From: Christensenellaceae bacterium
Lineage (GTDB): Bacteria > Bacillota > Clostridia > Christensenellales > Borkfalkiaceae
DNA length: 64,000 bases
Assembly: GCA_045587245.1 (NCBI GenBank)
Contig: JAZNBU010000018.1
Location: forward strand, 10,775-74,774
Direction: 5' to 3'
Within the stretch, counting starts at the first letter, position 1, and each line of letters begins with the position of its first letter. Below, one piece after another: positions 37,633 to 45,972 of this stretch. Made by a program: the position numbers and the translations under genes. Under the pieces are notes generated by a model. It was not told the origin of the DNA. It saw only the letters and a program-made list of their open reading frames with translations, and did not search any database.

Positions 37633-40600
37633 ATGGCAAGAAAAAAATACACAAAAGAAGAAATTAAGCAAAAAAGAAAGGAGCAACATCAACAAGATGC
37701 ACTTAGAAGTTATAGATGCCGTGGACTAAAGAACTTTTTGTTCTATTTGACGGGCTTTTTAACAAGCATCGTGGTTCTTGCTTCAACCCTTTTCATTGGT
37801 TTGAAGGTAGTTCCTATTAAGACCTATCTAGGCAGTGGCTCAGACGAACTTGTTCGTGAAGAAGTTTCTTCAAAGAGCATAATTGATGCGCTGTTAAGCC
37901 CAGATACGTTTAATATGAACAATTTCCCAGTTATAGTCGATGCCGTTGACGAGCTACTTGACGGTATCGGTGTTGATGGTTTTATCGAGATTGACAGAGA
38001 AAAAATGAAGAGCCTAGATTTCAATAAGGATTTTACAAGTGGTCTGTTGTCTTGTATAAAAATTGCAGAGGGTGGGGCTCAAGAATTATTAGGCGATGCT
38101 TTTGGAAGTCTTGACGTGTTCCAAAATAAGTGGGACCCTATAATATCAGAAGAAGACAAGCCTAAATTTGATAATGAAGGTAATATTGAAAAAACAGAAG
38201 ATGGAAAATTTGAAATCAACCCTAAGCTTTACTATTTCCAAAAACCTGTTGACGGTGGAACAAGCCCAATGTCAAAAACCTATAGTGGAAGTTATGAATG
38301 GGCTAGAGCGTTTGACGATGAAGGCCATCCTATTAACGGATATAAAGGCGAGCAACTTTATTACGCAAACCTTACTGCTGTTCCAATTGTTGACATTCTG
38401 GATATGTTTGACGAAATCCTTGGCAGAGTGTCGTTAGATAGTATTATAGATATTGCCCTTAAAAACAGTGGCTCTAGTGGTGGTGCTGGTTCTGAAGGCG
38501 GTTCTGGTGACGGCACCGGAAGCGAAGGTGGTGCTGGAGAGGACACCATAGGTGCTTTAATTAGCAAACTTTTTAAAGGAAAAACCATTAAAGACATCAC
38601 AAATTCTGGAGTGTCTGAATTAGATTCGTTGTTTAATGACGTGTTAATTATTGACTTAGGTCTAGGCGATGATGTTTTAGAAATAGTTAGAGCTATCGCA
38701 GTTGATAAAGATGGAAACCCAATTGCCATAGAAAATATTACTATTGGCAATTTGGTAGAAATGGATTTACTAGCATATCTTCCAACTCATTATGCTGATG
38801 TTCTAGCTAAAATGGAAATTGGTCAAAAACCACTTACTGAGCTATTGCAAATGCCATATGAGACCAATACAATAATTTATGATTTGTTGCACGCTTTGAT
38901 TGACTGGACTAAACTTGAAGTTGAAGATGCTCCAAAGGCTGAAGACATAACATTAGCTCACGTATTAAAAGGCGATATAAAAATTGACTCATTACAATCA
39001 GGTTATGTTGATGTTTTAGCTAAATTGGAAATTGGTCAAAAGCCACTTACTGAGCTATTGCAAATGCCATATGAGACCAATACAATAATTTTTGATGCAA
39101 TATTCGAGATGTTTGACTGGACAGGTGTTGAAGATGCACCAGAAACTGCAGAAGGATTAACACTCGTTCATCTTTTAAGTGGTAAAATAGACCTAGAAGG
39201 CCTAGACCCTATTGCTATTTTAGGCAAATTAGACATTGCTCAAAAGCCACTCACAGAGCAATTTGGTTTGCAATATGAAGGCAATGAAATAATTTTTGAT
39301 GCAATATTCGAGATGTTTGACTGGACAGGTGTTGAAGATGCACCAGAAAAAGCAGAAGACATAAAACTTATTCACCTTTTAACTGCTAAAGCAAAATCAG
39401 AAGGCTTGGATACAGATGCTATTTTAGAAAAATTAGACATTGTTCAAAAGCCACTTACAGAGTTGTTGGGTATGCCATATGAAGGCAACGAATTCATTTA
39501 TGATATCTTGTATGATATGTTTGACTGGACTGAAGTTGAAGATGCTCCAGCAAAAGCACAAGACGTAAAAATTATCCATCTTTTGACAGGCACGGCAAAA
39601 TCAGAAGGTATAGATTTAGATGGCATTTTAGAAAAGTTAGACATTGATGGCATAACGCTTGAACAAGTATTGAACTTGCCATATCAAAACAACAAAGATA
39701 TGTACGAAATGCTTCAATCTATCATAATTTGGGAAGAAGGTGTGACGCCACCAACGGCAGATAAGTTGACAGTTGGTGACCTATCAAATGGCGTAAACTT
39801 TAATAAATTGCCACTATCAAAATTCCTAGGATATTATGAATCTCATGAAGACGTATATAAGACGTTGCACTCTATTATAATTTGGCCACAAGGCGTGACG
39901 CCACCAACAGCAGACAAATTAACGGTTGGCGATTTGTCTTATGGTATTGATTTTGATAAATTTGATTACAATGGAATATCACTTGAAAGAATTTTAGGCA
40001 AGTATGAAGACAATAAAGATATGTACAATATCTTGTATTCTGTAATTGATTGGCCAGCAGGGGATAAGCCACAAGAAAACAAATTAACGGTTGGCGATTT
40101 GGCAAATGGCATCAACTTTAACAACTTGTCGCTTTCAAAGTTCTTAGGTGAATATGAACAAAATAAGTTTACATATGACGTATTATGTTCTGCTGTAGGC
40201 CTAGGTAGTGGCGAACAAAATTATTCAAAACTAACTGTTGCACACTTAAAAGGTGGTTTGAATATTAACTCTGTATCTTTAACAACTTTAGGGCTTGACG
40301 ATGCAACGATTGATTTGCTATTAAAAGCTGCTAATGCATCAAGAAAACAAGGTGACCCAGTGCTTACTAAAAATGATTTAACTATAAGCCATATCAAGGC
40401 AGATATGTTCAAGTATTTGGCACTAACGGACGTTTTACCATTTGATGCTGAAAACAAAGGAACAGTTAAATTATATACCATATTATTGCAAGCATCGGGC
40501 ATTACAGTAAACAACCCAGCTGACGTGGGCGAAATAGGTCAAAAGGCAGGTGCGCTAAGCATAAACAGTCTTGGTAATTTTAATATGGATTTAGTTAGCT

Positions 40601-41217
40601 TAAATACTATTTTACCTGTCAGTGAAAATGCTAAACTCTATCAAATTTTAGCTGATGCAACGGGCGTAAGTGCTGATAAAATTAAAGTAAGCGATTTTGC
40701 TAATTTTAACCCTGCTAACTTGCACTTAAGTACGGTTATGGAAGAAAGCGACAATATTATTTTGAGCAAGTTGATAGAAGAAAACGCTAAAATCGGTGAG
40801 TTAGGAAGCGCTATTGACAGCCTATCTCTATTTGATATTTATGGTCAAAACTGCTTTGTTAATCACGATGGAAGTGCTAACAAGCCAAGGTACAGCTATA
40901 ACGAAGAAGAGAGAGCTTTTGTGCTTGATAGAGAAGGAACCCTTATGATTAGCAAAACTTCTGGAATATGGCTAATGTTATGTTTTGAGACAGACGGTAT
41001 AGAATTTACGGATAAAAACGCAATAGGCTGTGGCAAAAAATACGTTATCAGCAGTTCAACATTAAGCACGTTGAGTAATCCAGCAAGTGGTGCAACGATT
41101 TCACAAAAGATAACCAATGCAACTGTTAGACAATTGGTTGATTCGGGAATATTAGCAAGCGCAAATATGTCTGTTTATACGTTAACGTTACAACAAATAG
41201 CAAATCTTGGGTTATAG
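37633..41217 (+). CDS. Membrane-anchored 1194-aa repeat protein of unknown function
   Basis: ATG 37633 lies 9 nt after GGAGG (ATG 37606 lacks an RBS). Domain order: basic N-terminal tail, one TM segment ('FLFYLTGFLTSIVVLASTLFIGL'), a Gly/Ser linker, then more than 10 tandem 50-71-aa repeats. Confidence 0.85.
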   Translation: MARKKYTKEEIKQKRKEQHQQDALRSYRCRGLKNFLFYLTGFLTSIVVLASTLFIGLKVVPIKTYLGSGSDELVREEVSSKSIIDALLSPDTFNMNNFPVIVDAVDELLDGIGVDGFIEIDREKMKSLDFNKDFTSGLLSCIKIAEGGAQELLGDAFGSLDVFQNKWDPIISEEDKPKFDNEGNIEKTEDGKFEINPKLYYFQKPVDGGTSPMSKTYSGSYEWARAFDDEGHPINGYKGEQLYYANLTAVPIVDILDMFDEILGRVSLDSIIDIALKNSGSSGGAGSEGGSGDGTGSEGGAGEDTIGALISKLFKGKTIKDITNSGVSELDSLFNDVLIIDLGLGDDVLEIVRAIAVDKDGNPIAIENITIGNLVEMDLLAYLPTHYADVLAKMEIGQKPLTELLQMPYETNTIIYDLLHALIDWTKLEVEDAPKAEDITLAHVLKGDIKIDSLQSGYVDVLAKLEIGQKPLTELLQMPYETNTIIFDAIFEMFDWTGVEDAPETAEGLTLVHLLSGKIDLEGLDPIAILGKLDIAQKPLTEQFGLQYEGNEIIFDAIFEMFDWTGVEDAPEKAEDIKLIHLLTAKAKSEGLDTDAILEKLDIVQKPLTELLGMPYEGNEFIYDILYDMFDWTEVEDAPAKAQDVKIIHLLTGTAKSEGIDLDGILEKLDIDGITLEQVLNLPYQNNKDMYEMLQSIIIWEEGVTPPTADKLTVGDLSNGVNFNKLPLSKFLGYYESHEDVYKTLHSIIIWPQGVTPPTADKLTVGDLSYGIDFDKFDYNGISLERILGKYEDNKDMYNILYSVIDWPAGDKPQENKLTVGDLANGINFNNLSLSKFLGEYEQNKFTYDVLCSAVGLGSGEQNYSKLTVAHLKGGLNINSVSLTTLGLDDATIDLLLKAANASRKQGDPVLTKNDLTISHIKADMFKYLALTDVLPFDAENKGTVKLYTILLQASGITVNNPADVGEIGQKAGALSINSLGNFNMDLVSLNTILPVSENAKLYQILADATGVSADKIKVSDFANFNPANLHLSTVMEESDNIILSKLIEENAKIGELGSAIDSLSLFDIYGQNCFVNHDGSANKPRYSYNEEERAFVLDREGTLMISKTSGIWLMLCFETDGIEFTDKNAIGCGKKYVISSSTLSTLSNPASGATISQKITNATVRQLVDSGILASANMSVYTLTLQQIANLGL
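38790..40830 (+). repeat. In-frame tandem coding repeats (periods of 213/204 bp, then 153-165 bp, then more degenerate)
   Basis: The CAAAA(A/G)CCAC landmark recurs at 38824, 39037, 39241 and 39445. About 61 bp are identical at 39085-39145 and 39289-39349. GTGACGCCACCAAC recurs at 39742 and 39895. Confidence 0.9.
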
Positions 41218-41281
41218 ATATAAAACAACTATTAAATGAGCAATAATATTCACTAATAATTTATAGATATGATAAAAATTG

Positions 41282-41310
41282 TTGACAAAAGTTTAATATT
41301 TTGATATTAT
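41282..41310 (+). promoter_or_regulatory. Promoter of rpsF-ssb-rpsR
   Basis: TTGACA 41282-41287, 17 bp spacer, TGaTATTAT extended -10 (41305-41310). Confidence 0.65.
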
Positions 41311-41374
41311 TATTAAAGTTATTGTATATTTATTTCTATAATTATGTAGAAAAAGATATAAAACAAAAAACCTT

Positions 41375-41410
41375 GCTTGCTAAGTAGGCAAGCCGAATAA
41401 GTCCGGGAGG
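41375..41410 (+). promoter_or_regulatory. rpsF leader hairpin plus CCG elements next to the RBS (possible S6:S18 autoregulatory leader)
   Basis: GCTTGC (41375-80) / GCAAGC (41388-93) stem, then CCG and TCCGGGAGG overlapping the Shine-Dalgarno sequence. Confidence 0.3.
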
Positions 41411-41419
41411 TAAAAAAAT

Positions 41420-41698
41420 ATGACAAAATATGAGATGCTCTATATCCTAGATGCTTCACTTACAGACGAAGCAAAAGAAGGGATAATCAAGAAAATCGAA
41501 GATTTGATTAGTAGCGATGGTAAAGTTGAAAAGACTGACCGTTGGGGCAACAAGAAATTGCAATACCCAATCAACTACAAATCTGAAGGTTATTACGTCT
41601 TGACAACGTTTGAAGCAGCACCAACACTTGTTGTTGAACTTAAACGTATCGTAGGCATTACAGATGGTATCATAAGAAGACTGATTACCAAAATCTAA
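41420..41698 (+). CDS. rpsF: 30S ribosomal protein S6
   Basis: 'YEMLYILD ... KVEKTDRWGNKKLQYPI' is typical of bS6. Confidence 0.95.
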   Translation: MTKYEMLYILDASLTDEAKEGIIKKIEDLISSDGKVEKTDRWGNKKLQYPINYKSEGYYVLTTFEAAPTLVVELKRIVGITDGIIRRLITKI

Positions 41699-41712
41699 GT
41701 AGGAGAAAGATT

Positions 41713-42120
41713 ATGAACAAAGTTATCTTAGTAGGAAATTTAACAAGGGACCCAGAATTATCTGAAACACCAAGTGGAGTTTCTGTATGTAGATTTAGCA
41801 TTGCAGTATCAAGAGATTATGCAAATGCTGAAGGAACACGTGATGTAGATTTTTTCAATATAACTGTATGGCGTGGAAGGGCAGAAAATTGTGGTAAATA
41901 TTTGAAAAAAGGTAACAAAGTCGCAGTAGTTGGCAGTTTACAAACACGCTCTTATGAAGATAAAGACGGAATTAAGAGAAACGTGACTGACATCGTTGCA
42001 AACGAAGTGGAATTCTTAACGCCAAAGGGTAGTCAAGGTGAAGATGATGCACCTGTTGTATCAGCAAAGCGTGAACGCCCTGAGCTTGAGGCTATTGACG
42101 ATAATCAATTGCCATTTTAA
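41713..42120 (+). CDS. ssb: Single-stranded DNA-binding protein
   Basis: 'MNKVILVGNLTRDPEL' OB fold and an acidic C-terminal tip 'DDNQLPF'. Confidence 0.95.
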   Translation: MNKVILVGNLTRDPELSETPSGVSVCRFSIAVSRDYANAEGTRDVDFFNITVWRGRAENCGKYLKKGNKVAVVGSLQTRSYEDKDGIKRNVTDIVANEVEFLTPKGSQGEDDAPVVSAKRERPELEAIDDNQLPF

Positions 42121-42156
42121 GAAGTTTCACTAAAGGCATATCTAAGGAGTATAAAA

Positions 42157-42438
42157 ATGGAAGAAAATACAAATATGATTAGTGCTGTAGAAGCACAACC
42201 AAAAGAAGGTAAAAAATTTGTTAAGAGAATTCCACGTAAGAAAGTTTGTGCTTTCTGTCAAAATAAAGTTGACGCTATTGATTACAAGGACGTTAACACT
42301 TTGAAAAAGTACATTACAGAAGGTGGCAAGATTCTCCCAAGACGTATGACAGGCGTATGCGCAAAACACCAAAGAGTTTTAGCAAAGGCTATCAAACGTT
42401 CAAGGCTTGTTGACTTATTACCTTTCAAGGGCGAATAA
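42157..42438 (+). CDS. rpsR: 30S ribosomal protein S18
   Basis: '[36 protein letters not shown]' is typical of bS18. Confidence 0.95.
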   Translation: MEENTNMISAVEAQPKEGKKFVKRIPRKKVCAFCQNKVDAIDYKDVNTLKKYITEGGKILPRRMTGVCAKHQRVLAKAIKRSRLVDLLPFKGE

Positions 42439-42464
42439 TTTAACTAAAAAAGAAAAAACAAAAA

Positions 42465-42491
42465 ACGGAAGGCAAATTTGCCTTCCGTTTT
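42465..42491 (+). terminator. Rho-independent terminator after rpsR
   Basis: ACGGAAGGCAAA / TTTGCCTTCCGT stem followed by TTTT. Confidence 0.85.
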
Positions 42492-42540
42492 AGTTTGCAA
42501 TAAATCAAAAAAACATATAGAGCAAAACTATTTTTTACAC

Positions 42541-42574
42541 AAAAAAACTACCGGAAAAAGATTTTTTTCGGCAG
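42541..42574 (-). terminator. Probable terminator of spoVG
   Basis: On the minus strand, a CTGCCG ... CCGGTAG stem (one G-U pair, long loop) is followed by TTTTTTT. Confidence 0.45.
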
Positions 42575-42607
42575 AGTCTTGTTTAAAAGTTTGGCTAGAG
42601 TATCATC

Positions 42608-42880
42608 CTATTCAATTGGTTTTGCTTTTTCTTCTTCAAAAGCAGTTAAGATAGCTTTAATTAATAATTCTCTTGTTTCAGTTTTGATTGGGTGAGCGAT
42701 ATCTTTGTATTCTCCGTCAGCAGTTTTTCTTGATGGCATTGCGATAAAATAACCCTCATTGCCCTCGATTACTTTGATATCATGAATAACAAAGCAATCA
42801 TCAAAAGTGATTGAAGCCACGCCTTTAAGTTTACTGTCATCTTTTTTGACAATACGCACTCTTACATCTGTAATGTTCAT
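42608..42880 (-). CDS. spoVG: SpoVG family protein
   Basis: '[11 protein letters not shown] ... [21 protein letters not shown] ... FIAMPSRK' is typical of SpoVG. Confidence 0.95.
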   Translation of the reverse strand: MNITDVRVRIVKKDDSKLKGVASITFDDCFVIHDIKVIEGNEGYFIAMPSRKTADGEYKDIAHPIKTETRELLIKAILTAFEEEKAKPIE

Positions 42881-43010
42881 AATTTACCTTCCTACCTTAT
42901 ATTGATAATATTTTATCATATTTTTTTTTATTTTTCAATACTTTTTTAAAAAAAATGGTGTTTTTTTATAAAAAAGTGCTAAAAAACGGCCATTTTTCAT
43001 ATATTTTCGT

Positions 43011-44372
43011 ATGACTATATTTAATTTATTACCAAAAAATGTAAAAGTGCATTTTATTGGCATAGGTGGAATTAATATGAGTGCTTTAGCAAAGCACTTA
43101 AAAATGCAAGGCTTTATAGTTAGCGGGAGCGATATTTGTGTTAATAATACGGCTGAGTTAAGGTCGCTAGGAATAAAGGTTTTTAATAACCACAGTCAAG
43201 AAAACGTCAAAAAAGCTGACGTGGTTGTTTATACTTCAGCAATTAAATCAGACAACCCCGAACTAGATTACGCTATAAAAAACAACCTTATTTTAGTTAA
43301 AAGAAGCGAGCTTCTCGGTCAAATTATGGCAAAGTATAAAAAAAGCATTGCTATCAGTGGGAGTCACGGCAAAACTACCACGACTGATATGATTGCAAAT
43401 ATGTTAATATGCGCAAATCTAAAACCGACGGTGTTTTTAGGTGGCAGAGATAAAAGTTTTGGCAATTATCTTTGTGGCTCAGGCGATATAGTCGTTGTTG
43501 AAGCGTGTGAATACCAAAAAAACTTTCTTGATTTAAGTCCTAGTATTTCAGTTATTCTCAACGTTGACAACGACCATATGGATACCTACAAAAACATTGA
43601 TAATATGGTAAGTGCTTTTTATGAGTTTAGTAAAAACAGTATATCCATAATCAATATAGACGATAAAATGTCAAAAACTATTTGCACTGAAAAAACCATT
43701 TCGTTTGCAAAAAATAGCCTTGCTAATTTTATGGCAAAAAATATATCTTATAACGGTAAAGGTTATTCCTTTACAGTTTATCAAGGCTATAGGCGTTTGG
43801 GGCGAATAAAGCTAAACGTGGCAGGCGAACATAACGTTTATAACGCACTTGCCTCTATGGCTGTGGCAAGTCAGTTAAAAGTGCCTTTTAGCGTGCAAAA
43901 GACAGCGCTTGAGAACTTTTGGGGGACAGAGCGTAGAAATGAATTTATCGGAAGTAGGTTTAATTTAGATTTTTATTGCGACTATGCTCATCACCCAAAC
44001 GAAATATCTGCAATGCTTTTGACCTATTCAATAGAAAATAGCGAGTTTATAACTGTATTTCAACCACACACTTATTCAAGAACAAAACTTTTGCTAAATG
44101 ATTTTATAAATTGTTTTAGCAATATTTCTCCACTAATAATTTATAAAACTTATCCTGCAAGAGAAAAATACTTAAAAAGTGGCAGTGCAAAAACACTGTT
44201 TGATAGACTAAATAATTTGGCTAAAGAAAGCGGAAAAAAAGTTTATTATGCAACCAACAAAAAACAATTAGAGGGCTTGATAAAATTGTTAAGTGCAAGT
44301 GCAAAAAAAGCTGTCTTTTTAGGCGCTGGGGATATTTATGACATAGCCAAAGAGATTGCCCAAAAAAACTAG
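43011..44372 (+). CDS. murC: UDP-N-acetylmuramate--L-alanine ligase
   Basis: 'HFIGIGGINMSALAKHL' and 'ISGSHGKTTTT' Mur ligase motifs. Confidence 0.92.
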   Translation: MTIFNLLPKNVKVHFIGIGGINMSALAKHLKMQGFIVSGSDICVNNTAELRSLGIKVFNNHSQENVKKADVVVYTSAIKSDNPELDYAIKNNLILVKRSELLGQIMAKYKKSIAISGSHGKTTTTDMIANMLICANLKPTVFLGGRDKSFGNYLCGSGDIVVVEACEYQKNFLDLSPSISVILNVDNDHMDTYKNIDNMVSAFYEFSKNSISIINIDDKMSKTICTEKTISFAKNSLANFMAKNISYNGKGYSFTVYQGYRRLGRIKLNVAGEHNVYNALASMAVASQLKVPFSVQKTALENFWGTERRNEFIGSRFNLDFYCDYAHHPNEISAMLLTYSIENSEFITVFQPHTYSRTKLLLNDFINCFSNISPLIIYKTYPAREKYLKSGSAKTLFDRLNNLAKESGKKVYYATNKKQLEGLIKLLSASAKKAVFLGAGDIYDIAKEIAQKN

Positions 44373-44389
44373 TAAATTATTAATAAATG

Positions 44390-44418
44390 TTGACAACACC
44401 TTTTTATGCTGGTATAAT
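44390..44418 (+). promoter_or_regulatory. Consensus promoter of the Dabb gene
   Basis: TTGACA 44390-44395, 17 bp spacer, TATAAT 44413-44418. Confidence 0.65.
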
Positions 44419-44447
44419 GGGGCATAGACATTCGGCGAGGTAAAAGT

Positions 44448-44744
44448 ATGGTTAAACATATGATAATTTGGAAATTAAAAGAAGAGATTTTGGACAAGAC
44501 TATGGTCGTAAAAAATATAAAAGACGGACTTGAAGGCCTAGAAGGTAAAATTGACGGACTTATAAAGATGAACATTTTAACTGAAAAACTAGAAAGTTCG
44601 TCGGGGGATATTATGATGGATTCAATATTTCGAGATGAAGAGGCGTTAAAAGAATATCAAAGAAACCCTATGCACGTTGAAATTGCAAATGGACTAGTTA
44701 GACCTAACGTGCAAACAAGATTATCCTTTGATTTTGAGATTTAA
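44448..44744 (+). CDS. Dabb (stress-responsive alpha/beta-barrel) family protein
   Basis: 98 aa with an 'HMIIWKLKEE' start and a 'YQRNPMHVE' motif typical of Dabb domains. Confidence 0.75.
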   Translation: MVKHMIIWKLKEEILDKTMVVKNIKDGLEGLEGKIDGLIKMNILTEKLESSSGDIMMDSIFRDEEALKEYQRNPMHVEIANGLVRPNVQTRLSFDFEI

Positions 44745-44852
44745 GGCAATAACTGTTGACAAAATTTAAAAAATGACTATTAAACGGTTGATTATTTTAA
44801 ATTTAAATTGTATTATATATACAAATGAAAATTATGTTGGAGAAGAATTACA

Positions 44853-45812
44853 ATGGTTCAAAAAAAGAGAAAGATTTCAATCCTTGGTGCAGGTAATGTA
44901 GGCGCAACAATCGCATATGCGTTAACTCTTCAAGGCGTTGCATCAGAAATACTTCTTGTTGACATCAACAAGGAAAAAGCAGAAGGCGAAGCACTTGACA
45001 TTGCACAATGTGCAGCATGCGTTCCAGCTTGCAAAATTTGGAGTGGCGAATATAGCGACGTTGCAGGTTCAGACATCGTAATTATCACTTTTGGTGTGGG
45101 CAGAAAACCTGGTCAAACAAGACTTGACCTTGCAGCAATCAATATCGGTATTTTAAAGAGCGTTATTAAAGACGTTGCTAAGATTGCTCCAGATGCACTC
45201 TATATCGTGGTAAGTAACCCTGTTGACGTATTGACATACGTTGTTATGCACGACACAGGTTTAAGCAAAAAACAAGTTATCGGCACAGGTACACTTCTTG
45301 ACTCAAATAGGCTTCAACAAGCAGTTGCTGAATACTGCAAAGTAGATGCCTCTAACGTGACAGCATACGTTCTTGGCGAACATGGTGATGCTTGTATGGC
45401 TCCTTGGAGTCTTTGCACGGTTTGTGGTATGCCAATTAGAGAATACTGCACAAAGATTATGGGCGTTGATAAAGACAACCTTGAAACAGAACTTGAAAAC
45501 ATCTATAAGGGCATGGTAGCAGCAGGCTCTAAGGTTATTAAGGCTAAGGGTGCAACTTTCTATGCAATAGCTGCATCTACAGTTCAATTAGTTAAGGCTC
45601 TTGTTTCTGACACGCAAACAATCCTTCCACTTGCAACATATCTTGACGGCGAATATGGTGCTAAAAACCTTTGCACAGGCGTTCTTTGCAAGGTTGGTGG
45701 AAACGGACTTCAAGAAATTATTGAACTTCCACTTCCAGAAGAAGAAATGAAAATTTTATCAGAAAAACTTGCTTCTTTAGACAAAACTTACGAAGCACTT
45801 AACGTTAGATAA
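44853..45812 (+). CDS. L-2-hydroxyacid dehydrogenase of the LDH/MDH family (Arg at the substrate-discriminating position)
   Basis: 'ILGAGNVGA' and 'GEHGDA' (catalytic His). The loop reads 'GVGRKPGQTRLDL', where classical LDHs have Gln before KPG. Confidence 0.85.
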   Translation: MVQKKRKISILGAGNVGATIAYALTLQGVASEILLVDINKEKAEGEALDIAQCAACVPACKIWSGEYSDVAGSDIVIITFGVGRKPGQTRLDLAAINIGILKSVIKDVAKIAPDALYIVVSNPVDVLTYVVMHDTGLSKKQVIGTGTLLDSNRLQQAVAEYCKVDASNVTAYVLGEHGDACMAPWSLCTVCGMPIREYCTKIMGVDKDNLETELENIYKGMVAAGSKVIKAKGATFYAIAASTVQLVKALVSDTQTILPLATYLDGEYGAKNLCTGVLCKVGGNGLQEIIELPLPEEEMKILSEKLASLDKTYEALNVR

Positions 45813-45851
45813 TTCTATCAAGTAAAACCAAAAAATATTAAAACACAAAAG

Positions 45852-45890
45852 ATATGCAGTGCCAAAATTAAAGGCATTGCATATTATTTT
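45852..45890 (+). terminator. Rho-independent terminator after the dehydrogenase gene
   Basis: ATATGCAGTGCC / GGCATTGCATAT stem (one G-U pair) followed by TATTTTT. Confidence 0.75.
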
Positions 45891-45921
45891 TAATAAAATT
45901 GTTGATTGCTCAACAAATTGC

Positions 45922-45950
45922 TTGCAAAATTGAGCAAATTTTGGTAAAAT
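45922..45950 (+). promoter_or_regulatory. Promoter of the acyltransferase gene
   Basis: TTGCAA 45922-45927, 17 bp spacer, TAAAAT 45945-45950. Confidence 0.55.
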
Positions 45951-45972
45951 AATGCTAATAGGGAGGCTAGAG

